Source: Thermoproteota archaeon (GTDB taxonomy: Archaea; Korarchaeota; Korarchaeia; Korarchaeales; Korarchaeaceae). Taken from it: DNA of 64,000 nt. Shown piece after piece: positions 9,874 to 19,049 of this stretch (its first letter is position 1; each line of letters starts with the position of its first letter). The notes under the pieces were generated by a model, which was given only the letters and a program-made list of their open reading frames with translations, ran no database searches and was not told the DNA's origin. The DNA lies in NCBI GenBank assembly GCA_027491915.1, contig JAOZGC010000002.1, positions 128,001 through 192,000 on the forward strand, in the 5' to 3' direction. A program made the translations under genes and the position numbers.

Positions 9874-10563
9874 TCACCTTGCCGTCTCCAGGACCTTGAC
9901 CAGGGGCGGGCCGAGGAGGATTATGAATGGTATCTCCGAAGAGTAGGTCCACAGGAACCACAGCGCGGCCGCGGCGGCGGGCAGATTCGACTCCCCGGTT
10001 GGCAGCACGAAGAACTGACTGAAAGTCCAGACTCCGGCCCCTATAACGGCGCTGCCCAGCATGAGACCTATGGATCCGGCCAGGAAGAAGTCCACCCACC
10101 TTCCCCTCCACCTGCCGACCAAGACTATCAGGATCGTTGAGATTCCGCAGGCGATCGCGTAAGCCGCGGCCACCGGATCCTGGGTGAGGAACCAAATCGT
10201 TCCAGAGGCCGTCAGCGGCAGGATCTGGACCGTTATCGCCGCGGCTAGTTGATTTTCCCCCTTGATCCTGTTGTAGATCCATCCCATGGTGTAGAAGCCC
10301 AAGAAGTTGGCCGGAACGCCCACGATTAGGCTTAGCAGGGCGTTCCCGTGTATCAACATGTCGGAGACGAATATGCCCACGGCGGCCCCCAACCCACCGA
10401 CCGTCGGACCGAAGACTGCGGAAAACGATGCCGGAATAACGACGGACGGCCAAAACCGGACCACGCCGAAGATCGGCGCGAAAATCCCGAGGTAAGTCAT
10501 GTACCCCACCGCGGCGTACAGGGCGGCGTTGACCCCGGCGAGCGAGACCTCCCTAGTGTCCAT
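9874..10563 (-). CDS. ECF transporter S-component (substrate possibly pantothenate)
   Basis: Multi-TM protein with VRFWPSVVIP, FGPTVGGLGAAVGIFVSD; directly upstream of the kinase. Confidence 0.8.
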   Translation of the reverse strand: MDTREVSLAGVNAALYAAVGYMTYLGIFAPIFGVVRFWPSVVIPASFSAVFGPTVGGLGAAVGIFVSDMLIHGNALLSLIVGVPANFLGFYTMGWIYNRIKGENQLAAAITVQILPLTASGTIWFLTQDPVAAAYAIACGISTILIVLVGRWRGRWVDFFLAGSIGLMLGSAVIGAGVWTFSQFFVLPTGESNLPAAAAALWFLWTYSSEIPFIILLGPPLVKVLETAR

Positions 10564-10583
10564 CGGTCGGACCGCACCCTCAG

Positions 10584-10629
10584 AAATAAATATTTATTTT
10601 CTATATAAGAGTAAGATATCTATATAGAT
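10584..10629. promoter_or_regulatory. Divergent AT-rich promoter region with two perfect palindromes
   Basis: AAATAAATATTTATTT (10584-10599) and ATCTATATAGAT (10618-10629); CTATATA at 10601 and 10620. Confidence 0.6.
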
Positions 10630-10638
10630 GGGGAGATA

Positions 10639-11637
10639 TTGGAGGGCGTGAGGCAGATCCGCAAGGTCCAAGAGGTTGGAGGGGGCACCCTGGTAATCTC
10701 CCTTCCCAAGGAGTGGGCCGTAAGGGTCGGCCTCCAGAAGGGGTCTGAGGTCGTTGCCCAAGAGGCTCCTGGGGGGTTACTCTTGATCTATCCACTTTCT
10801 GCCACCGTCCGGATCGGGTGTTCGGCCCGGCACGTCCCTGGCCAAGTCGGGAACACTTTGGACTCCATACTGGAGGCGTACCTCGAAGGCTGCGACGTGC
10901 TGGAAGTGGAATGTTCCGGTCGCCTGGGGCTGGAGGACAGGAGAGCGATCAAAAAACTTCTGGCTTCTCTGGTGGGCTCCGAGATAGTTGAAGAGGGAGA
11001 GGGCATCCTGAAGGTTCAGTTCCTCGTTGACTTGGACGCCACCGATCCACACGGGCTGCTGGAGAGGATGATAAGATCGGCCGGCAACATGCTCCTGGAC
11101 GCCATAACCGCAATCTCCCTCGGAGACAATGAGCTTGCGAATTTGGTGATCGAGAGAGACGATGAGATAGACAGAACTTACTTTCTACTAGTTCGTGCTC
11201 TGAGGAAGGCGGCCCAAGACGTTAGGGCCCTTGCGAGGGCCAGGTTGTCCCCCATGATTCTACTGGATCTGAGGGTGGCCGCCCTGATCGCCGAGGGCAT
11301 AGCCGATATGGCGGTTGACGTTGCCTCCCTGGCCAGGAAAGGGGTGAGAGTCGACATAATTGACCTGAAACTTCCCTTCAAGACCCTCTTCTCACTGCTG
11401 GCCCCCATCTCCAGGGGGCGCGGGACCGACAGCAGGGTCGAGAGGATACGCGAGATCAACAGGCTGATATCCGACCGGCTGCTGAGGATGGTGGAGGAAG
11501 GAGGGGGTGGGACCATGGAGGCCGTCGTCGCTGAGAAGCTGATGGCCTCCTCCAGGGCCGCGCTAGATCTGGCGGATCTGTTCCCCTCGAGAGGGGTCCT
11601 CCTAATGAGATCTCGGGCGGAACCGGAAGGATATTAA
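10639..11637 (+). CDS. AbrB/SpoVT DNA-binding domain + PhoU domain regulator
   Basis: RKVQEVGGGTLVISLPKEWA N-terminus; VIERDDEIDRTYFLLVR PhoU repeat. Confidence 0.88.
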   Translation: MEGVRQIRKVQEVGGGTLVISLPKEWAVRVGLQKGSEVVAQEAPGGLLLIYPLSATVRIGCSARHVPGQVGNTLDSILEAYLEGCDVLEVECSGRLGLEDRRAIKKLLASLVGSEIVEEGEGILKVQFLVDLDATDPHGLLERMIRSAGNMLLDAITAISLGDNELANLVIERDDEIDRTYFLLVRALRKAAQDVRALARARLSPMILLDLRVAALIAEGIADMAVDVASLARKGVRVDIIDLKLPFKTLFSLLAPISRGRGTDSRVERIREINRLISDRLLRMVEEGGGGTMEAVVAEKLMASSRAALDLADLFPSRGVLLMRSRAEPEGY

Positions 11638-11660
11638 CTGTTATATCTCTCCCCGCGCCC

Positions 11661-12200
11661 GTGCGCGGGAGACCCCGGAGGGCCCTAATGATCGGCAGGT
11701 TTCAACCCTTCCACTTGGGTCACCTCAAAGCTGTGGAGTACGTGCTCTCTCAATCCGAGGAGTTGGTCATAGGCCTAGGAAGCTCTCAATACAAACGGAC
11801 CCCCAGGAATCCCCTCTCTACGGACGAGAGATACGAGATGATCGTGAGGGTGATGAGGTCCGTCGAGATAGATCTTTCCAAGGTCTTCCTGGTTCCGATC
11901 CCAGACACTGAGTCCCGAGAGGAGAGCTGGGGGTCCATAGTCCTGGATAGGATTCCCAGGGTCGACGTCGCTTACACGAACGATCGGGAGACCAGGATCG
12001 ACCTGGAGGCCGTGGGAATGGAGGTCTTTCCCATTCCCCTGTATCGCAGGGATATACTGTCGGCCACTAACATAAGGAGGTTGGCGGCGAGCGGCAACTC
12101 CCTGTGGAGGCAGTTCGTCCCGGACCCCGTGGCCTCCTTCTTGGACGAGATAGATTTTGAGGGGATTATGAGAGATATCACCGAAGGCGGTAAATCCTGA
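11661..12200 (+). CDS. nadM: Nicotinamide-nucleotide adenylyltransferase
   Basis: IGRFQPFHLGH, GSSQ..RNP, LSATNIRR, WRQFVP. Confidence 0.9.
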   Translation: MRGRPRRALMIGRFQPFHLGHLKAVEYVLSQSEELVIGLGSSQYKRTPRNPLSTDERYEMIVRVMRSVEIDLSKVFLVPIPDTESREESWGSIVLDRIPRVDVAYTNDRETRIDLEAVGMEVFPIPLYRRDILSATNIRRLAASGNSLWRQFVPDPVASFLDEIDFEGIMRDITEGGKS

Positions 12201-13803
12201 GGACACCCCTCTCCAGGGCCTCCGAGATCCTCCTGCCGTAAGGCCCCCTCTTGGCCAGGGATATTCTTCCCCTGGAATCGGTGACGAACCTGCCTATCTC
12301 ACCGCCCTCATCCCTGATGGAAACCTCAATCGAGGCATTCTCCGGTCCCAAATCAACCACTAGGATGTGTTTTTTCCTCCTGATGCTATACCTGAGACCT
12401 GCCTCCTCCTCGGCCCCCTCGACGTGCCCGCGTCTCACCCGGGAGGGGCCCCCCCTACCGAGGGGCATCACAACTATCTCGTCGCCGAACTTGTATATCT
12501 CGTATTCCGGCCTCCCCGTCTCGAAATCGCTTACGGTCACCACCGGCCTGGCCAGAGAGGGATCCCTCATTCCGGTCGGCAGCTTGACGGATATCCTGAG
12601 ACCGTATACTTTCTCGACCTTTCCACCTTGAATGAAGATAACCGTGTCCACCACGTGCGGCAGGACGCCCAGGTCCACCCTCCCTATGAACCTCTGAATT
12701 GCCTCTATCGGCGATCCGCAGTGCACCACCCCCACCATTCCTATCCCAGCCAACCTCATGTCGGTGAATATGGAGAAGTCCTCATCCCTTCTCATCTCGT
12801 CGAAGGCGACGTAATCCGGCCTGACCAGGAGGAGGAGATCTACGGTGTTGGCGAAGCTCCCGTCCAACCTGCCGTACTGAGTGACCTCCGGCCCAACCAT
12901 CAGGTCCCTGGGCGACTCGAGAGTCTTCACTATCTTACCCATCGACCTGTAGAACTCGATCAACGCGCTGGTGAACGTGGTTTTCCCGGATCCCGGGGGG
13001 CCGGCGATGATCAACCCCTCCGCCCGCAGGGAGAGCCTCTCCCTGAGCCTATCGCTCAGGTCGTAGTCGTCCAGCGTCACCCTGACCAGCGGCCTGACGG
13101 CGGTGATCTCTATGCCGTTAGAAAAGGGTGGGAACGCCACCAGAATCCTGTACTCCCCCATCTGAATCACGTAGGCATCCCTCCTCTTGACCTCTAGGAA
13201 GGCCTCCGGATCGAGCTTCGCAGTCTCTATCACCCAATAAGCAAGTCTTCTCATCTCTTCCGACCGTAAGGGCTCTTCTCTCAGCTTGACCAGTTTGAAT
13301 TCTCCCGGTCTGCCCATCTTCGCCATGGGAGGGGCTCCTTCCTTGAGGTGGACGCTCATGACCCCGGGTTCGAAGAAATCTCTGACGTCCCCCGCCGCGC
13401 AGATCGAGCCCGCGTACGTCACCTTTACTCCCCTGTTCTTCAGCACGAGCGCCCTGACTCCATCTCCCGTCAGTACCCTGGCGCCGTTCTCCATGGCCAG
13501 GGAGATCAGGGCGTCCGTTCCCTTCTTCCCCGACTTCGTCTCAGCTATCTCAAATCTCAACACCTTACCCTCTGCCTCCATCCTCCTTAGATCATCTATC
13601 TCGGCCAGGCCCACCAGGGCCCTCTTGTCTCCCAACCTGGCCGACCTCTCAAATTCCGCCACCACGTAGTCCGGGATCAGGATCTCCCTTCCCGAGATGT
13701 GGCTGACCAGGCTCTCGTCCTTCAGGAGGGAGTTGAGCAGAACGTACTCGTCCAGCACCACCCTATCAGGTTCGGCCTGGGAGCCCCCCCCAGCCGCCCT
13801 CAT
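12178..13803 (-). CDS. PIN-domain + PilT/VirB11-like ATPase (PINA family)
   Basis: N-terminal PIN-like domain, MSVHLKEG, GPPGSGKT, TLESPRDL, RPDYVAFDEMR, GMVGVVH. Confidence 0.88.
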   Translation of the reverse strand: MRAAGGGSQAEPDRVVLDEYVLLNSLLKDESLVSHISGREILIPDYVVAEFERSARLGDKRALVGLAEIDDLRRMEAEGKVLRFEIAETKSGKKGTDALISLAMENGARVLTGDGVRALVLKNRGVKVTYAGSICAAGDVRDFFEPGVMSVHLKEGAPPMAKMGRPGEFKLVKLREEPLRSEEMRRLAYWVIETAKLDPEAFLEVKRRDAYVIQMGEYRILVAFPPFSNGIEITAVRPLVRVTLDDYDLSDRLRERLSLRAEGLIIAGPPGSGKTTFTSALIEFYRSMGKIVKTLESPRDLMVGPEVTQYGRLDGSFANTVDLLLLVRPDYVAFDEMRRDEDFSIFTDMRLAGIGMVGVVHCGSPIEAIQRFIGRVDLGVLPHVVDTVIFIQGGKVEKVYGLRISVKLPTGMRDPSLARPVVTVSDFETGRPEYEIYKFGDEIVVMPLGRGGPSRVRRGHVEGAEEEAGLRYSIRRKKHILVVDLGPENASIEVSIRDEGGEIGRFVTDSRGRISLAKRGPYGRRISEALERGVLRIYRLR

Positions 13804-13888
13804 GCCGCTTGCCCCCCACTTAGACGCGGGCCGCCGCCCCGAAACGGGCCCACCCTAGACGAATCGGTCTCGCGCGTTCCAATACCCC

Positions 13889-14464
13889 TCAGAACAACTC
13901 CCCCTCCAGGAGGGTCTTCGGGGCGACGAAGATGTAATAATTCTCCTTGCCAGAGATCTCGCTCATGACCCGAGCTGCCAGGGCAGAAACCGGATTCTTC
14001 ATCCCGGTTCTCTCCTCCAGATCGGAGTAGCTGGAGAAGGGTCTCTCTTCCCTGGCCTCCAATATGCGCCCCAGCATCTTTTTGCCGACCCCGGGAATAA
14101 GCTCCAGTTGATGCAGTCTCCTCGTTATTGGGACTGCCTGATTGAAAAACTCTATGAAGAAAGCCTCCCCCTCTGTGAGTATCCTCCTAACCGCGTCCTC
14201 GAGACTCTGCCTCGCCGACGGATGGAGCTCCTCATAGTCTAGATACCTCAAGAATCTGCTGACCTCCTCCCTCGGTCCCCTCCCCACGTAGACCTTCTGT
14301 CCCTCCTCAACCTCGACACCCTGCCTGAGGGAGAACTCCATCAATATGAAGTACCTGTCTCCTATTACCTGGACCACCCGCCTCCTGGATACCTCCACCC
14401 CCAGCACGTAGGCCCAGTTATCGTGGGGTCTCTTTTTCCCGCTAGAATACCTCCACAAGATCAA
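13889..14464 (-). CDS. DUF655 family predicted RNA-binding protein
   Basis: PITRRLHQLELIPGVGKK HhH motif; follows rpoF as usual in archaea. Confidence 0.88.
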   Translation of the reverse strand: MILWRYSSGKKRPHDNWAYVLGVEVSRRRVVQVIGDRYFILMEFSLRQGVEVEEGQKVYVGRGPREEVSRFLRYLDYEELHPSARQSLEDAVRRILTEGEAFFIEFFNQAVPITRRLHQLELIPGVGKKMLGRILEAREERPFSSYSDLEERTGMKNPVSALAARVMSEISGKENYYIFVAPKTLLEGELF

Positions 14465-14799
14465 TCGCCCTCCTTTAGGGTCCTTAGGATCTCCAGTATC
14501 CTCGAGTACGCCTCGTCTCCCAGAAGCGGGTAGGACTTGTAGAGGAAAACTCTCAACTCATCTTTGGTCTCGGGTATCACGTTAACCAGATTTATGGCGT
14601 CCTCCTCATCTAGATTGAACTCCTCAACCAGTCTGTTCACCGCGGCCCTAGCCGCCTCGGCGTCCTCCACCTTGACGAACTTCGCCAGGTACTCCATGAG
14701 CCTCTTCTGATCAGAAGTCAGTGATGCCTGCTCGGACGCCCATCGTGAGAAGACGAGAGCCTTAACTTCTGAGAGGGTCAGGGGCCTCTTGTTGGGCAA
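14461..14799 (-). CDS. rpoF: RNA polymerase subunit F (Rpo4)
   Basis: LTLSEVK...YLAKF...AINLVNVIPETKDELR; eL21-rpoF-DUF655 synteny. Confidence 0.88.
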   Translation of the reverse strand: MPNKRPLTLSEVKALVFSRWASEQASLTSDQKRLMEYLAKFVKVEDAEAARAAVNRLVEEFNLDEEDAINLVNVIPETKDELRVFLYKSYPLLGDEAYSRILEILRTLKEGD

Positions 14800-14802
14800 G
14801 CT

Positions 14803-15120
14803 TCAACCCTCTCTCCAACTCACCGGCTCGCGATGTGGTCTCAGGTGGACGGGCGAGACTATGAGGTGCTTTAACTTCTTCCCGAGCCTCACGTCCACCA
14901 GGTAGGCGCCCCCCCTCCTGCCGGTCACCACCCCAACCTTCCCTTGATACCTCCTGTGGGGCATTCCCCTCCTCTCAGAGGGGGTCACGTCTATCACAAC
15001 CTTCTGGCCGACCTCGAACCTCTGAAGGTACCTAGATACCGGGGGCATCCCCTTCTCCCTCGGGCCCTTCTTCAGGAACTTCCTGGATTTATGTAGGTAT
15101 CCCGCCGACCTCTTCCCCAA
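14803..15120 (-). CDS. rpl21e: 50S ribosomal protein eL21
   Basis: GMPHRRYQGKVGVV, SPVHLRP; TTG start after GGTGA RBS. Confidence 0.95.
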   Translation of the reverse strand: MGKRSAGYLHKSRKFLKKGPREKGMPPVSRYLQRFEVGQKVVIDVTPSERRGMPHRRYQGKVGVVTGRRGGAYLVDVRLGKKLKHLIVSPVHLRPHREPVSWREG

Positions 15121-15125
15121 GAAAC

Positions 15126-16352
15126 TCACCTCTGGCGAGAGGAGCCTGTCGGGTTCACCACGGCGAGTACATCGAGCTCCCTACAAAAAGCTTTTTTCCC
15201 CAACAGGGAGGCGACGCTTGGCCTAGTTCTTCCATCGTCTCCTGATATCAGCTCCTTGACATATAATCCACCGTCACATATTACAATTATTTTAAAAGAT
15301 TTTCCGTCTAATGGCCATGTTTTTACCCGATATACCCTCTTCTCCCTTACCATGTCGGCCCTCCTCTTTAGGACCCTGCGCGGCGTCCTCTGGGATATCA
15401 CCGCGCCGCTGAGGGCCCTCTCAATCAAGGCCAGGTCTCCCAAGTCGTACCCCCCCTCCACCTCAACCCGACACCTGTAGACCTTCTTGCTCTTGGGAGA
15501 CTCTTCTTTTAACCGGATCACGGTCCCCCAATCGCTGTAACTGAGCTCGGACACCTCAATCCTCCCGCCCGCCTTGAGGTTGATCTCCTCTCTGAGCCTC
15601 TCCAAGTCGGCTCTCCTCTTCCTGGGTCTCCTGATCTCAAGGACGAAGGGCCGACCCGTCCCCAGCATCCGCGCGTCGACGTCCTCCCGGCCCGCCCCGT
15701 GCAGCCTGTAGTCTTCTCCCCCGAACGCCTCCACGGCGGGTTCTCCTATCATCTCCTCCACGGACGGATTGTCCGGGTTGGCCTCTCCACCGTATCTCGT
15801 CTGGGGAATGCCCCTGACGAGCTTCTTGTACCTGCCAAATATCAAGACTGGCGCAAACCTAACCGAGACCCTACCAGCCTCGAAATCCAATAGTCCCTCG
15901 GCCTCCGGCCTGTGGGGGTCTATCTCCGTACCGGGAAACTTTTCCACCACGAAGGCGTCCACGTACCTAGATATGGTAACCTTTATCGCCTGAGGAGAGG
16001 AAGGGACCAGAGAGGCCCTCAACTCGTCGAAGTTCTCCTCTACTTCCGGGGGTATCCTCGTCCCAGACTTAAAAGACTTGAACTCGACATCTTCCAGCTC
16101 CCGCGTGAGCTCTTCCAACAACGCGTCCAGTTTTTCCTCAAAGAGACCTCCACACACCGAACAACCTCCGCTCAGGTCGGCCGCCGAATTGGAATCCCGG
16201 ATCTCTCTCAAGATCTCTCCAGCTCTCCCGACGGGATCATCGCCCAACTCTCCCGCCAAGAGGCTCGCAAGGCAGAATCGACATATCGGCCCCCTGGCCA
16301 GCGCCTCGGCCACCAGCCCGCCATTTTCCGCCATAGGGGCACCTTGGGCCAC
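15126..16352 (-). CDS. pus10: tRNA pseudouridine(54/55) synthase Pus10
   Basis: GRYKKLVRGIPQT, HGAGREDVDARMLGTGRPF, QRTPRRV, GGLYVKELISGD. Confidence 0.93.
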   Translation of the reverse strand: MAQGAPMAENGGLVAEALARGPICRFCLASLLAGELGDDPVGRAGEILREIRDSNSAADLSGGCSVCGGLFEEKLDALLEELTRELEDVEFKSFKSGTRIPPEVEENFDELRASLVPSSPQAIKVTISRYVDAFVVEKFPGTEIDPHRPEAEGLLDFEAGRVSVRFAPVLIFGRYKKLVRGIPQTRYGGEANPDNPSVEEMIGEPAVEAFGGEDYRLHGAGREDVDARMLGTGRPFVLEIRRPRKRRADLERLREEINLKAGGRIEVSELSYSDWGTVIRLKEESPKSKKVYRCRVEVEGGYDLGDLALIERALSGAVISQRTPRRVLKRRADMVREKRVYRVKTWPLDGKSFKIIVICDGGLYVKELISGDDGRTRPSVASLLGKKAFCRELDVLAVVNPTGSSRQR

Positions 16353-16367
16353 GCGGTGAAGTCCGCC

Positions 16368-16769
16368 TCACCTGGTCCTTATCACCTTCTTCTTGCCCAG
16401 CGCGACCCAATACTCCACCTCGACTCCTGGCTCCAGCCTACCGGCGACCTCCGGATCCAGATCGTCAACGCTCACTTCGAATACGTCCTCGTAGTTCTCC
16501 ATGTCCATTATCTGAACGATACCGCCGCTGACTGAGATGACCTGTCCAACCCTCTTGTCTATTATGGGTATCTCGACGTCCGCCCCGGCGGGGAATATCC
16601 TGGACCTCCTGTTCCCGTCGAACAAACCCCTGGCTTCTATCCTCACCTTGGCGGCCCCGTGCTTCCCGGGCTTTGACTTGGAGACGTCCAGGACGACGCA
16701 CGGCTCCCCATCTATCACTATGTAACTTCCTTTCCTCAGATCTCCGGCAGAACCGTGGGTTATCCCCAT
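16368..16769 (-). CDS. eif5a: Translation factor aIF-5A
   Basis: SKPGKHGAAK hypusine loop. Confidence 0.96.
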   Translation of the reverse strand: MGITHGSAGDLRKGSYIVIDGEPCVVLDVSKSKPGKHGAAKVRIEARGLFDGNRRSRIFPAGADVEIPIIDKRVGQVISVSGGIVQIMDMENYEDVFEVSVDDLDPEVAGRLEPGVEVEYWVALGKKKVIRTR

Positions 16770-16808
16770 GAGGTCACCCGGGTAGGAAGCTCATCCAGAT
16801 GCTAATAA

Positions 16809-17243
16809 TCACCTATACGACTTCTGGAAGCGTGCCCTGGCCCTTCTTCCCCCGTACTTCTTTGGCTCCCTCTGTCTCGGGTCGCCAGCCAATATGGTCC
16901 TGTCGTACTCCTTGTACAAGTTCTCCAACTCCTTAGATCCCGTGTAGGCAACCAGCGCCCTGCCTATCGCCATCCTGACGGCGTCAGCCTGCCCCATGAA
17001 TCCTCCTCCCTTGACCCTGACCCAGATGTCGACGCCGCCGATCACGTCCTCTCCGGCTAGCCAGAGAGGTTCTAATATCTTCATTCTAACGAACTCGTTT
17101 GGCGCGTAGACTTCAACGGGTCTTCCGTTGATGAACAACCTACCGCTTCCGGGGGTAAGCCTGGCGAACGCCCTGGCCGTTTTCCTCCTGGCTGATGCGT
17201 ATACGACCCGCCCACCGCGGCTCTCAGAAACCAACACCCTCAC
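16809..17243 (-). CDS. rps9: 30S ribosomal protein uS9
   Basis: RRKTARA, GGGFMGQADA, ARARFQKSYR. Confidence 0.96.
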   Translation of the reverse strand: MRVLVSESRGGRVVYASARRKTARAFARLTPGSGRLFINGRPVEVYAPNEFVRMKILEPLWLAGEDVIGGVDIWVRVKGGGFMGQADAVRMAIGRALVAYTGSKELENLYKEYDRTILAGDPRQREPKKYGGRRARARFQKSYR

Positions 17244-17697
17244 CTCCTCTCCACCCCATCCTCTCAGCCAGCCAGCCCAGGGTCACGTAATCCCTCCTCT
17301 TCTTGGGTTTGAGGTGTTCTACGGTGTAATCCTTTGGCATCCGGATGGCCCTCTCCAACTCTATCCCCGGAGGGATCCCGATATAGACCCTTATCCTCCG
17401 CATGGCCTCCCTGCCCCTCGGCTTCTTGATGGGAAGCATCCCTCTTATGGTCTTCCACAGGATCCTGTCTGGCACTCGAGGCTGCACCGGTCCCTTCTCG
17501 GGGCTGGGCTTTCCCTGGATGCGCCTCCTCTTGAGGTATTTTTCCAGAATTGACCTCCTATTCCCCGTGATGACTGCCCTCTCCGCCCTTATTATAGTCA
17601 CCCTTTTACCCTCCAAGGCCGCCTTGGCGGCATAGCTGGCCAGCCTACCCAGTATGGCGCCGTCCGCGTCTATGATTAGATCCCGTCCGCCGCCCAA
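17224..17697 (-). CDS. rpl13: 50S ribosomal protein uL13
   Basis: IDADGAILGRLAS, IRGMLP. Confidence 0.96.
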   Translation of the reverse strand: MGGGRDLIIDADGAILGRLASYAAKAALEGKRVTIIRAERAVITGNRRSILEKYLKRRRIQGKPSPEKGPVQPRVPDRILWKTIRGMLPIKKPRGREAMRRIRVYIGIPPGIELERAIRMPKDYTVEHLKPKKRRDYVTLGWLAERMGWRGGEGVGF

Positions 17698-17710
17698 GAG
17701 GCATCACCTC

Positions 17711-18073
17711 TCATACCACTATCCGCACTCCTGTCCCCTTGGGGTTCTCTCCGACGGCTTCCACGAGGCTGATGGCCCTACCACCCACCCTTTCTATCTT
17801 CTTCCTGGCGGAGACCGAAAACTTGAGCGCGGCCACCGTGATCGACTTTGTCAAGTCGCCGAACGCCAGTACCTTCCCCGGGACGACCACGAAATCTCCC
17901 TCCGAGGCGAGCCTCTCTATCTTCCCCAGGTTGACCTCTACCCTCCTCCTGGGGGAAGATATCTTATCGGCCACCGCCAGCCACACTCTGGCCTGATTTT
18001 CCCTCCCCGCCTTCTTGAGGGCCCTGTAAGCTATTCTTATCTCCTCACTAGTCGGACCGCTCGGCTTGGGCAA
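17711..18073 (-). CDS. rpl18e: 50S ribosomal protein eL18
   Basis: RRVEVNLGKI, VVPGKVL, FSVSARKKIE; TTG start 18073 (the longer ORF runs through a tRNA). Confidence 0.93.
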   Translation of the reverse strand: MPKPSGPTSEEIRIAYRALKKAGRENQARVWLAVADKISSPRRRVEVNLGKIERLASEGDFVVVPGKVLAFGDLTKSITVAALKFSVSARKKIERVGGRAISLVEAVGENPKGTGVRIVV

Positions 18074-18126
18074 GCCTATCCCGGAGCCGGGCGCGGCGGG
18101 TGATAAATAAACGTGACCACCGAATC

Positions 18127-18215
18127 TGGTGCGGGGGGTGGGATTCGAACCCACGCGGGCCTGCGCCCACTCGGCCCTCAACCGAGCGCCTTGGACCTGG
18201 CTTGGCTACCCCCGC
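18127..18215 (-). tRNA. tRNA-Leu(GAG), CCA encoded, no intron
   Basis: GCGGGGGTAGCCAAGCCAGGTCCAAGGCG CTCGG-TTGAGGG-CCGAG, long variable arm, GGTTCGAATCCC, ACCA; TATA-like TTATAT ~25 nt upstream. Confidence 0.96.
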
Positions 18216-18254
18216 AACCTCTGGGTTCGTCTCCCGAAATATAATCTTGTCGAG

Positions 18255-19049
18255 CTATCCCCCGCCCTCCGCATTGGATATTTTCTCCTTCAATGAGTTA
18301 AATTTTTTCAATAATTCGTCCGTCGCTGCCACGAGAATTTCCCCTATTGTCAGGGCTTCGGTAGTCTCAAAGCTCATGATGAACCGACTGCCGTCCCAGT
18401 CCTCCACCTCGACGGATTCAGGATCCCTTCTCCTCTGGACCTCAATGCAGTCCTCCAACCCAGGGCAGTCTAGGTAACTCTCAACGACGTAATCTCCCCC
18501 TTCTTTCCTGAAGGAACCGTCGGGGCACCTCTCGACGTACTTCCTGCAGGCCCTGACGGCCCCTCCCCTCAACCTGTAGATCGGGTAATAGGAGTATCCG
18601 AGCCCGCTGACCGCCTGCCACTTGCTGTGCCACTTGCCTTTTCCCATCCTCACTATGGCCTCCAACTTTATCCTGGCTCCTTTGTGCATCTTCACTATGG
18701 GTATCCTCTCGTTCGCCGGGATCACAACCGGATCTGAGCTGACCAGATCCCCAGAGTAGACGATCTCCCCGTCCTCCTCTGCAACCCTGTCCAGACTAAG
18801 GGTGACCACCTTCCCATCTCCTACGGAATATGATCTAAGATCGGTCCTTATGGGCACCATCGCCAACCTGTGAGCCACGTACTCGTCAAAGTAGTGGGTC
18901 GTGTTGGTGAAGAAGACGACCTCGTCGACGGCCATGACCGGAACCTCGCCGAGGAGGGCCCTCCTAAAGGCGTTTGCGAGCGCCGGATTGGCTTTTTCTA
19001 AAACAAATTTCACGGAAATTGGTGTATGAGATACTATCTTAATCCGCAT
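18255..19049 (-). CDS. rpoD: RNA polymerase subunit D (Rpo3)
   Basis: ANAFRRALLGEVPVMAVDEV, DEYVAHRLAMVP, GKWHSKWQ. Confidence 0.95.
   Translation of the reverse strand: MRIKIVSHTPISVKFVLEKANPALANAFRRALLGEVPVMAVDEVVFFTNTTHYFDEYVAHRLAMVPIRTDLRSYSVGDGKVVTLSLDRVAEEDGEIVYSGDLVSSDPVVIPANERIPIVKMHKGARIKLEAIVRMGKGKWHSKWQAVSGLGYSYYPIYRLRGGAVRACRKYVERCPDGSFRKEGGDYVVESYLDCPGLEDCIEVQRRRDPESVEVEDWDGSRFIMSFETTEALTIGEILVAATDELLKKFNSLKEKISNAEGGG

Noticed and set aside
18074-18181. N-terminal extension of eL18 in the ORF track
   Set aside because: It runs through tRNA-Leu; the real start is TTG 18073
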